Source: an uncultured delta proteobacterium | Lineage (GTDB): Bacteria; Desulfobacterota; Desulfuromonadia; Geobacterales; Pseudopelobacteraceae | DNA length: 64,000 nt | Reading direction: 5' to 3' | NCBI GenBank assembly: GCA_963772835.1 | Contig: CAVYYZ010000015.1 | Span: 31,891 to 95,890 of the forward strand | Part shown: positions 30,849 to 39,314 of the stretch, in pieces | Layout: every line of letters begins with the position of its first letter | Position numbering within the stretch: the first letter of the stretch is position 1 | Notes under the pieces: generated by a model | The model's database searches: none | Told to the model about the DNA's origin: nothing | The model's input: only the letters and a program-made list of their open reading frames with translations | Position numbers and translations under genes: made by a program

Positions 30849-31367
30849 CTAGAGCAACCCACGTTCGACAAAACTGAGATATTCACCCTCGCCGACGATT
30901 ACATGATCCAGTACCTTGATACCCATAATCTCTCCAGCCTCTTTCAGCCGTCTGGTGATTGAAATATCTTCTGCTGATGGCGATGGGTCTCCAGTAGGAT
31001 GTTGATGAATTAGCAGAATTGCGGCTGCATTCGACAATCAAGCTGTCTGAAATACGGAACGTGGGTGAACAATACTTTGATTCAGAGAACCGACGCTTAC
31101 CACGTCCATGCAAATAACCTTGTTTTTGCCGTCAAGGTGCAATGTCAGGAACATCTCCTTCGTTTCGTGCATCAGAAAACGGAATGTTTCATACACCTCC
31201 CGTGGTGACGTGTATCTGGTTCCAGTTTTGAGATAGCTGGTTATCTCTTCTCTGACGGTAAGAGTTTCATAAACAGCCTTGATCTGCCTGAACCTTATTG
31301 TTCTGGGCTTGTCATTGATTTTTTCAACGCCAAATAATGTTTCAACGGTTAACTGCTTGGTATCCAT
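30849..31367 (-). pseudogene. radC: RadC/JAB-domain protein interrupted by in-frame TGA at 31038-31040
   Basis: ETKEMF..LHLDGKN..GSLNQSIVHPR.VFQTA*LSNAAAILLIHQHPTGDPSPSAED..VLDHVIVG; both halves in one frame. Confidence 0.88.
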
Positions 31368-31480
31368 CTATATTCCCCTGTAATCGGTATTGGCATGGCC
31401 TTGCCCTCTGCAATGGCTCTCATATTTCTCTTTAAAGCGTTTAATATATTGGGATGAAGGGGTAAGTATGGGTCAATTCT

Positions 31481-32460
31481 TTAGCCAGCTACCACCTTTT
31501 GCCGTGATTGGCGCAGAACCTCATGATTCTCCAGATTCAGTTGCGCCAGTTCTCTTCCATCAGTCAGCGATAGCCCAACATTCTGGTAATCAATCTGCTC
31601 AACCGCTTCGGTGATGTTGTCAACCCCTTCAAACAAAAGCCGCTGATTGAGCTTTGCACTTTCAGCAATAAAAATGGCGGCCCCCAAAGCCGCCACTCTT
31701 GCATCTCTGCTTATGATCCCCTTTCGGGTCAGCCAGTCATCCACCGGCTTAGCTTTGCTGAAATAGGCGAAAGCAGCTTTGCCAATGCGAGTATATTGGC
31801 AATACGCCTCTTCCGGTACGTCACCGATATAGAATCTTTCAGCGGGAAAGCTGGTTTTTTCAATGGAGTAGTACAATGATTTCTGCATCCGTTGCCACAT
31901 GAACGGGAAAACAATCTGCTTCGGAAACCGGCAACCGATCATTCCCCGCAAACAGATGTATTTTATCAATGGTGGAATGTTCAGACGTTCAACCATAGAG
32001 CAGAACATTTCTTTCGATCCAGCTCTTAATGGTAGGTTTTTATTCTCGTGGCGGCTTGTTCCCCACAACGTCCAAGCAGCAGAGGTGCGAAAGAATGACG
32101 GCAGGTTTTCTGCCAGTGCCATCTCTGCCAGCTCTGATGTGGTATCTTTTCTGATGGAATTCTGTTCCTTGTACTTCAGCGGTCGGTGCCAGTGAATCTG
32201 CATCATGTCGCATACTGACCGGTCTTTGATGCCCTCTGTCAGAATCTTGATGATGAAACTGGCAACCTTTTCATCCCCGCCAACTTTGCCCCGAAGTGTC
32301 TTTGATCTTGCAGCGGCGATACATAAAGCAATGCCGACAGGATTTGCCAACCCGCAATCTTCAAGTGCGACAACCTGAATTCTCGACCAGAATGAGGAAG
32401 GGTCAAGGTGGAGGTAGGACAAGCCGTACCGGATAGCATCGGTGACATATCCCCGCCGGC
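31481..32460 (-). pseudogene. 5'-truncated protein resembling the MgsA/RarA C-terminal helical region
   Basis: RRG..DA...FWSRIQVVALEDCGLANP resembles the RarA RR..IIASEDIGLADP motif; upstream part of ORF 31481..32656 looks like translated intergenic DNA. Confidence 0.5.
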
Positions 32461-32658
32461 AACTGCAGTGCGGACCGTCTTCTTCGTTCCGGAGAGGTAA
32501 TACTGCTTCGCTTTTAGGCGGATTTCTGGTACACAAAACGGTACATACAACGTATATGCCTGCAGAATAGTATAAAAAATCCTGTGCACATTTTATCGGG
32601 AAAGCGTTACCATAGCGATATTTTACTCCTTTTTCCCTTTCTGCCGTGAGGCTCACCG

Positions 32659-33816
32659 ATGCACCTCTGCCGTACCGCCCTGATATATTCCCCGCTTATC
32701 GGCAATTTCAATTATGGCGATGATCATCCGTTCAAGCTTCAGAGGAGTCGTCTTGCCTATGACCTGCTCGATGCGTATGACCTGCTGAAGCTGCCGAATA
32801 TGCAGATCCGCGACTGCACTCCGGCGTCTGAGGAACTGCTGCTGTCATTCCATGACCCGGCCTATATTGCGCGACTCAAGGAGTTCAGTGCGTCTGAGGA
32901 GCCGCGAGCCGATTTCAGGTTCGGCCTCGGTGACGCGGAGTGTCCGGTGTTCAAGGGGCTGTATGAGTGCGCCACACTGGGTGCCGGTGCAACGTTTGAA
33001 GCCGTGCGGCTGGTGGAGGAAGAAAAGTTCGACATCGCCTTCAATCTGACCGGGGGGTGGCATCATGCCCATCGCGCGAAAGCCTCCGGTTTTTCATATG
33101 TGAATGACGCGGTAGTTGCCATCAACTGGCTGGTCGCACGCGGGCGGCGGGTGCTCTATCTGGATATTGACGCCCATCACGGCGATGCCGTTCAGGAAGC
33201 GTATTATGATACCGATCAGGTGATGACGATATCGATTCACGAAAGCGGCATATATTTTTATCCCGGCACCGGTTTTGAGGACGAAACGGGCGAGGGGCGA
33301 GGAAAAGGGTATTCCGTCAATGTTCCGCTGCTGGCCCATACCGATGACGCCATCTATATGAAAGCCTTTGATGAAGTGGCCTACCCGCTGATCGCCGCCT
33401 TCGATCCGGACATCATTGTCACCCAGATCGGTGCTGACACCTTTCGTACCGATCCGCTCACCAATCTTGAGATTACCACAAACTGTTACTGCGAGATGCT
33501 GGTGAAAATAAAACGGCTCAAGATCCCCTGGGTGGCTCTGGGGGGCGGGGGGTATGACCTTATGAACACTGCCCGGGCCTGGACGCTGGCCTGGTCAATC
33601 ATGAACGATGTGGAGCTTAATCCACGCCTCCCCCCCCCGTTTATAGACAGGATCGCGCCGTTGGGATATCAAAACCGGGTCCTGCTTGATGCCATACACT
33701 GGGCTGAAGAGGGGGAACGGATGCTGGCACTTGCTGCCGTTGAAAAAAGCATCGTACGCATAAAAAAAACCATTTTCCCTGGTATACTCGGAAACTATGG
33801 CACTCCTTCCTCATAA
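32659..33816 (+). CDS. acuC: AcuC-like Zn-dependent (HDAC-family) deacetylase
   Basis: HPFKLQR, GGWHHA, SGFSYVND, LDIDAHHGD, YPGTG, DPL, GGGGY. Confidence 0.9.
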   Translation: MHLCRTALIYSPLIGNFNYGDDHPFKLQRSRLAYDLLDAYDLLKLPNMQIRDCTPASEELLLSFHDPAYIARLKEFSASEEPRADFRFGLGDAECPVFKGLYECATLGAGATFEAVRLVEEEKFDIAFNLTGGWHHAHRAKASGFSYVNDAVVAINWLVARGRRVLYLDIDAHHGDAVQEAYYDTDQVMTISIHESGIYFYPGTGFEDETGEGRGKGYSVNVPLLAHTDDAIYMKAFDEVAYPLIAAFDPDIIVTQIGADTFRTDPLTNLEITTNCYCEMLVKIKRLKIPWVALGGGGYDLMNTARAWTLAWSIMNDVELNPRLPPPFIDRIAPLGYQNRVLLDAIHWAEEGERMLALAAVEKSIVRIKKTIFPGILGNYGTPSS

Positions 33817-34639
33817 CAGCCAACTCCTGGATGCCGCCGGTCGGCCGCTTTCTTCGCTGAAGGCCATCAACCGGCTGGATGAGCCGGAAAAAGAGCGCAT
33901 CTATTCCCGTCTGCTCCCGCAGCGCCTGCGGGATGTTCTGGGACTGACTCAGGATTCTCTCTGCAACAGCGCCGGAGAGCGCCTGGTAACGATGATCGCG
34001 CCGAATGGATTTTCGCTTGTCAGAATCGAGGCCCGCTCGAAACCACACGGCGGCGTAACCGTGTTTTTTTTGGAGCTCTCCGATACCCAGTTTCACCAGA
34101 TGGAGCTCAGCTTCTGCATCATCAGGGACCCATCTGCTCCTCACTATGCAGTTGATGTCGATGAAAACGGTGAAAACAACTGGTTTGCGTCCCATGGACG
34201 CAACATTCCGGAGGAGCTGCGCGCCATGCGGGCCGGCCTGTTTCCCAATCAGACCCACCACGGTCTGCAGCTGTTTGTCACCTTTTTTCCGCTGCTGGAG
34301 CGTTTCACCGAAGCGCTCGGGATGCAGATGATCGTCGCCGAACCGCTGTCATACGACAATGCCATCCGGTATGAAAAATACGGTTTTGACTATCTGCGCG
34401 GCAAACAGCTGATGCTGGAGATAGATCGGGAGTTTCAGCCGGGAGGTCGCTATTTTTTGCGGCTGGACGGATCAACCCCTTTTCGGATGCCAGGAATGGA
34501 ACGTACTGTGATAGGAAGAAGCTGGGCGATTCATGACGGCATCATGGACACACCGTGGGATGAAGTGCAGATCTACCGGATGCTCGGCGTCCATGCCGGG
34601 ATCAATACGTTCCCGGGAAGAGAGGAGGAAAAACGATGA
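33797..34639 (+). CDS. Conserved hypothetical protein with GNAT-like C-terminal motifs
   Basis: GLFPNQTHHGLQLF (motif A-like), NAIRYEKYGF (motif B-like); overlaps acuC stop. Confidence 0.6.
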   Translation: MALLPHNSQLLDAAGRPLSSLKAINRLDEPEKERIYSRLLPQRLRDVLGLTQDSLCNSAGERLVTMIAPNGFSLVRIEARSKPHGGVTVFFLELSDTQFHQMELSFCIIRDPSAPHYAVDVDENGENNWFASHGRNIPEELRAMRAGLFPNQTHHGLQLFVTFFPLLERFTEALGMQMIVAEPLSYDNAIRYEKYGFDYLRGKQLMLEIDREFQPGGRYFLRLDGSTPFRMPGMERTVIGRSWAIHDGIMDTPWDEVQIYRMLGVHAGINTFPGREEEKR

Positions 34640-35541
34640 ACAATGCGCAGCTACAACCGACTCCGCTTGCCGGAATCAGCTATTACCCGCCGCCGGAAGG
34701 GTATCAGTTGAGCGGCAGGGACGGCCTGGTCGCGATTATGTGGGAAGGGAGGCCGCCCATTCCGCTGCTGGATGAAGATTTTGCTGCTGTGGCGTGTGGC
34801 ATCACCCCCGATTATGACATGGTGGGGCGCGGCATTTATCAGGCCCTGCGTCTCAATCCGGACTGCGTCGGTGCAGCCGCCTATGCCGATATATTGAAAG
34901 AGGCCTACCCGCATATCGTCTCCGATCTCGGCGGCCAGATCATTATGCTTGAAGCACGCGAAGTCGATACGCCATACCTCGATCGCAAGATCAATTTCCT
35001 CAAGATCATGGCACTGCTTGAACCGGATAACGCCGGTCTCCCGCTGGAAATCGCCAGAGCCTACGTTGACAAGGGTTCCCGTTTATGCAGCATGCACCAT
35101 GCCGTGACCTGCTGGTATGCCGCTGAAAAGCTGTTGAAAGCGGCACGGGAGCTTAATCCTCACGATATTCATGCTGCGTATGAATATGGTGAGGCGCTGT
35201 ACGTACTGGGACGTTACAGTCAGGCCGCTGAAATCTGGAGCGAGCTGATCACGATGTTGGAACCGGCGGAGCAGGCGAAGGTCGCATCACGCGTTGCCGC
35301 GATCCTGGCGGACAAAATTCCGATAGTTCCGCCGATCGACTATCTCACCGCACTCTCGGTCGCTGTTGAGCAGCATCATGGCGGCTTTAACGATGAAGCC
35401 GCCGCGATCATAGCAGATGTGCTGGCCGACCCGGTTTTTGCTGAGCAGTTCCCTCTAAAAGAGGTATACTATCTGCTCGGAACCTGTTATCAGGAAACAG
35501 GTATGATGGCCGAGGCGGCAGATGCTTTCAAGAGGAGTTGA
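34636..35541 (+). CDS. Tetratricopeptide repeat protein
   Basis: AAYEYGEALYVLGRYSQAAEIW, VYYLLGTCYQETGMMAEAADAF TPR patterns; ATGA overlap. Confidence 0.8.
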   Translation: MNNAQLQPTPLAGISYYPPPEGYQLSGRDGLVAIMWEGRPPIPLLDEDFAAVACGITPDYDMVGRGIYQALRLNPDCVGAAAYADILKEAYPHIVSDLGGQIIMLEAREVDTPYLDRKINFLKIMALLEPDNAGLPLEIARAYVDKGSRLCSMHHAVTCWYAAEKLLKAARELNPHDIHAAYEYGEALYVLGRYSQAAEIWSELITMLEPAEQAKVASRVAAILADKIPIVPPIDYLTALSVAVEQHHGGFNDEAAAIIADVLADPVFAEQFPLKEVYYLLGTCYQETGMMAEAADAFKRS

Positions 35542-35543
35542 CC

Positions 35544-35648
35544 ATGTTTGATTTCAGTTCGGCAGACTGGATTTTCTGCGGTTTTATTCTGCTGGTTATT
35601 TTTGTGTGCGTTGCCGTCAGCGATATGCGAAAGTCTAACAACTCATAA
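35544..35648 (+). CDS. 34-aa single-TM small protein (not in ORF track)
   Basis: RBS GAGGAG; MFDFSSADWIFCGFILLVIFVCVAVSDMRKSNNS*; starts 2 nt after TPR stop. Confidence 0.6.
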   Translation: MFDFSSADWIFCGFILLVIFVCVAVSDMRKSNNS

Positions 35649-35799
35649 CTGGACTTTTTTTGCCGGGGTGCAGTCAGAATGAGTACGAGACGGCGAGTTG
35701 AACAGCGACAGGCGCATACGTTTACTCCGTTGAGGAACTGCCTGCGCAGCCCGTAAGGCCTCTTTTAATGGTGAATTGGTATTGTGAAGCGGGTACGGC

Positions 35800-36252
35800 A
35801 TGGAGGAAAATGACAGCAATAACGGCCAGGAGCCGCGGCGGCCACTGGGAATGACTCTGCTTGTCGGGGTGTATCTGTTCTTTTTAATACTGACGGTTTC
35901 CAGCTACGGCCAGCCGATTCCCTTTTTCGGGACCATCTACCACGGCCGCACGGCCGGTGTACTGGTATTTATTGACAGCCTGCTCTGTCTCTATCTGTTC
36001 CTCGGACTCATGAAGCGCCAGGTTCTGACATGGTATCTGCTTCTCAGTTACAACACGTTTGAACTCGCGAATACGCTGACAAATCTGTTGACCATCACCA
36101 CTGCAGAACTGGAGAAAGTTGTCGGGGAAAAGGTTGATTCCCCCGGACTGCTTGCCGGCAATATCTTCGTTATGGTGGCTATTCTACTGCTTTCCGGTGT
36201 TATTTACCGGCACCGGAAATTTTTCACCAATCACTCAAAGTACCTGTTCTAA
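35800..36252 (+). CDS. Four-TM hypothetical membrane protein
   Basis: 150-aa ORF with four hydrophobic segments. Confidence 0.7.
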   Translation: MEENDSNNGQEPRRPLGMTLLVGVYLFFLILTVSSYGQPIPFFGTIYHGRTAGVLVFIDSLLCLYLFLGLMKRQVLTWYLLLSYNTFELANTLTNLLTITTAELEKVVGEKVDSPGLLAGNIFVMVAILLLSGVIYRHRKFFTNHSKYLF

Positions 36253-36386
36253 TATTAAGCGGCATGAATACTGCACTTCCTTCCACGCGTACAAAACTCC
36301 CGATTTGATGTCCCGGCTGTACGACTTCGCTCCGTCTCCCGGCAGCAAAAGCCCCTCTGTTACCGGGTTTGACGGCAAAGACCGAC

Positions 36387-37319
36387 ATGAAGCATTGCAT
36401 ATGTATAATGGTACTGCTGGTCGGTACCGCCCTGTCGATGGCGGCACCGACGGTGACATCTGCTGCCACGATAGCCGCCATCATGAGCAGCGATCAGCCC
36501 CGATACCGTGAGGCGCATCGTGCTTTTGTAAAGGCGATAGCTGATCATGGCTATAATGCCCATTCAACAGAAATCACCCTGCTAACCCCCAATTCAGATC
36601 CGCTTTCCTGGACGGATGAGGTCCACAAACTCAACAGCTCCCATCCCGATCTGATCGTTGCGTATGGCGCTCCGGCCTCATTGACGGCATCACATGAGGC
36701 AACCGGAATCCCGGTCCTCTCCGTCGATGTGTTCGCTCCTGAACATCCGATCAAGGGGGTATGCGGTGTCAGTTCCCGGGTGTCGATGGTAACCCTGCTC
36801 AAAACTCTGCTGGGCATACGCCCCTATCATCGCATCGGAGTACTCTTCTCTCCGCGGGAATCCGGTTCGCAGCAGCAGCTGAACGACGTGAAAAAATTCG
36901 CCGATCAACTGGGGATCACCGTACTCGAAGGGAGTGTTTCTTCCGGTGCGGCGCTTGAAACGGAGCTGAGCAGACTGCTGGACAAGTGTGATGCCGTCGT
37001 CGTGACGGAAGGGGGGATTTTCGCTCAGCAGTTTGATCAGATTATCGCCAGAGCAAAGGCCAGAAAAATCCCGATCGCATCCACCATGCCTGATGCAGCC
37101 GAGAAAGGTGCCATCGTATCGCTTGAAATCAACTCTCAGGAGCAGGGCTACCTGGCGGCGGAAATGGCGGTACGGATTTTAGAAGGTGCAAAAACTGAGT
37201 TTCTTCCTTTGGTCCGGCCTCACAGAATCGACCTGGTTGTCAACATGCGCCGGGCCCGTGAGATCGGTATAGAAGTCCCTTACCCTGTCCTGCGCAGCGC
37301 AACCCGCCTCATAAAGTAG
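36387..37319 (+). CDS. ABC-transporter substrate-binding-like periplasmic protein
   Basis: Signal peptide; RIGVLFSPRE, GYLAAEMAVRILEG, LVVNMRRAREIGIEVP. Confidence 0.8.
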   Translation: MKHCICIMVLLVGTALSMAAPTVTSAATIAAIMSSDQPRYREAHRAFVKAIADHGYNAHSTEITLLTPNSDPLSWTDEVHKLNSSHPDLIVAYGAPASLTASHEATGIPVLSVDVFAPEHPIKGVCGVSSRVSMVTLLKTLLGIRPYHRIGVLFSPRESGSQQQLNDVKKFADQLGITVLEGSVSSGAALETELSRLLDKCDAVVVTEGGIFAQQFDQIIARAKARKIPIASTMPDAAEKGAIVSLEINSQEQGYLAAEMAVRILEGAKTEFLPLVRPHRIDLVVNMRRAREIGIEVPYPVLRSATRLIK

Positions 37320-37501
37320 TTCGGTGCCGTACCAGGCAACTTCCGGCAATCACCATGTCCCTGTCTCCAACTCGAAGCCCGTATCAGGAGGGTTTTATCA
37401 GTGGCTGACACATGCCGGATATGGATAGATCGGCCATGACGCTTTCCTGAAGGCAGCCAATACCCGCTCACTCCGGTTTCTACGCTGGTATATGTACTGT
37501 C

Positions 37502-37666
37502 TCAGCCGCATAGATCACAGATGCCGGTATCGGTGGTGTGTATCTGACAGCCACAGACCCTACAGGCATTGACCCATTCCGGGTGACCGGCGTTGATCGC
37601 CCGCATGTGCGCCTCAAGTCTTTTTACTTCGGCTTCCATCTCATCGTTGTACTGAGATTCAAACAT
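37502..37666 (-). CDS. 54-aa CxxC-x11-CxxC micro-protein (not in ORF track)
   Basis: RBS GAGG; MFESQYNDEMEAEVKRLEAHMRAINAGHPEWVNACRVCGCQIHTTDTGICDLCG*; begins 3 nt after flavoprotein stop. Confidence 0.7.
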   Translation of the reverse strand: MFESQYNDEMEAEVKRLEAHMRAINAGHPEWVNACRVCGCQIHTTDTGICDLCG

Positions 37667-37669
37667 ATT

Positions 37670-38341
37670 CTACCTCATACGTTTTTTTGCCCAGTAGTCC
37701 CGTTCAAATGGCCAATATTCACTCATGATATCCACCAGACCGGAAATACGTACTTTGAATTCCTCACGAAAACCTTCCTGTTCATGATAGGTCCGTTTGT
37801 CATTAATGCTCTGAAACAGTTCCTGACCAAGTGCACGTGCCCTCAAGTAAAGGTTTTCTTCGTCCGGAAAACTTCTCACGCCTGCTGCCGGTGATCCTAT
37901 TCCTCCGACTGAGTCAGCTCCGAGGGTGTTAACAAAGCGGCTCATATACGCCAGCACCTCCTCGTCCTCACCGCCTCCCGATGTTTCAACCATAGCGGCA
38001 TACTTACCCTCCAATGCCATACAGTGAATCAGACCGTTACAACGATCGAACAGCGCCTTCATCTGGGCAGTGACACTGAATATGTAGTTCGGACTGGCAA
38101 GGATGAAACCGTCACAGGCAAGCAGTTTTTCCTTGATGGTTTCGTAGTCATCCTTGATGGTGCAGGTACCCGTTTGGTGGCAGACATCACACGCGACACA
38201 TGGCTGTACATTCAAGGTCTTCAGGGACAGGATTTCTGTCTCTGCTCCGAAGGCCTGTACTCCGGCAAGCACTTCATCCAGAAGGCGACCGGTGTTTCCA
38301 TTCATTCCGCGAGGACTGCCTATAATGGCGAGTATTTTCAT
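37670..38341 (-). CDS. Iron-sulfur flavoprotein / flavodoxin-fold NADPH-dependent FMN reductase
   Basis: IIGSPR..GNT, PCVACDVC..TGTC..KDD, ASPNY..VTAQMKALFDR. Confidence 0.88.
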   Translation of the reverse strand: MKILAIIGSPRGMNGNTGRLLDEVLAGVQAFGAETEILSLKTLNVQPCVACDVCHQTGTCTIKDDYETIKEKLLACDGFILASPNYIFSVTAQMKALFDRCNGLIHCMALEGKYAAMVETSGGGEDEEVLAYMSRFVNTLGADSVGGIGSPAAGVRSFPDEENLYLRARALGQELFQSINDKRTYHEQEGFREEFKVRISGLVDIMSEYWPFERDYWAKKRMR

Positions 38342-38579
38342 TGTGTGCTCCAGTTTCCCGTTACCGGGGTGGAATAGTGTTCCTACGCGATCCTATATAT
38401 TTTCCTCTGATAGACTACTTTTTTTGAGTTTGATAGTCAATCGATCATCCCCTACTACCGATGCGGATTCTTTGAGTGTTTCTGTAATGCCTGCACCAAA
38501 TATGCACTAATTTTTGTGTATGAGCATGGATAAAGAAAAAAGGCTCCACGGAAAATCCGTAAAGCCTTTATTCTTCTGA

Positions 38580-38666
38580 TGGTGCCCGGGACTAGACTCG
38601 AACTAGCACACCCTTGCGAGCACAAGAACCTGAATCTTGCGTGTCTACCAATTCCACCACCCGGGC
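38580..38666 (-). tRNA. tRNA-Leu (anticodon CAG)
   Basis: GCCCGGGTGGTGGAATTGGTAGACACG-CAAGA-TTCAGGT-TCTTG, long variable arm, GTTCGAGTC...GGGCACCA, 87 nt. Confidence 0.96.
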
Positions 38667-38815
38667 AAGTGAGCAGTCTTCTTATCATTTCCATTTTTAT
38701 ATTGCAAGCACAAAAAAGCAAATTACCGCGAAAAGGCGCTAAAAACTTGACAAAACAGCGCCCGAAGTGCTATCAGGGACGTTCACATTTTCAGATAACT
38801 ATCGGAGGAATCATC

Positions 38816-39229
38816 ATGGAACGTACATTCGCAATCATCAAGCCGGATGCAGTCGAGCGCAAGCTGGCCGGCCAGATCCTGGCAAGAATCGAAGAAAAGG
38901 GCTTCACCATCGCCGGCATGAAAAAGATCCAGCTGACCAGAAAGCAGGCCGAGGGATTCTACTATGTGCACAGTGCACGCCCTTTTTTCAACGACCTCTG
39001 CGCCTTCATGTCCCGCAGCCCGGTCATCGTGCTCTGCCTTGAAAAAGAGAACGCAATCGCCGACTGGCGCACCCTGATGGGTGCGACCAATCCCGCCAAT
39101 GCAGAGCCGGGAACGATCCGGAAGGATTTCGCCGTCAACATCGAGGAGAATTCATCCCACGGTTCCGACGCTCCTGAAACTGCAGCGTTTGAAATTCCGT
39201 ATTTCTTCAGCGCATTGGAACTGGTATAA
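38816..39229 (+). CDS. ndk: Nucleoside diphosphate kinase
   Basis: [38 protein letters not shown]. Confidence 0.97.
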   Translation: MERTFAIIKPDAVERKLAGQILARIEEKGFTIAGMKKIQLTRKQAEGFYYVHSARPFFNDLCAFMSRSPVIVLCLEKENAIADWRTLMGATNPANAEPGTIRKDFAVNIEENSSHGSDAPETAAFEIPYFFSALELV

Positions 39230-39254
39230 CCGCTTGTACGTTACTGAATCACTC

Positions 39255-39284
39255 AAAAGGCCCCGTTTTCGCGGGGCCTTTTTT
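39255..39284. terminator. Bidirectional intrinsic terminator
   Basis: AAAAGGCCCCG...CGGGGCCTTTTTT between convergent genes. Confidence 0.75.
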
Positions 39285-39314
39285 CGTTTTATTTCAACCG
39301 GATCTGCCGACATG

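Larger units (their letters stand above)
20241..32550. mobile_element. Degenerate tRNA-Ala-associated genomic (defence) island, no integrase or attR seen
   Basis: Starts right after tRNA 3' end; visibly AT-rich segments; R-M, RadC, HEPN-like and pseudogene cargo; host-like genes resume at acuC. Right boundary approximate. Confidence 0.8.

Noticed and set aside
31000..31040. Selenocysteine recoding in radC
   Set aside because: Only a weak 4-bp hairpin downstream; position is outside the JAB catalytic motif
35660..35760. Loose stem (GCAGT/ACTGC, GAGTA/TACTC) as a possible ncRNA
   Set aside because: Short helices only; no match to SRP, 6S or riboswitch consensus that I can recognise
38455..38815. 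ORF 38455..38721 and the 79-codon N-terminal extension of ndk
   Set aside because: Overlap tRNA-Leu and the divergent promoter region; ndk has an RBS-backed ATG at 38816
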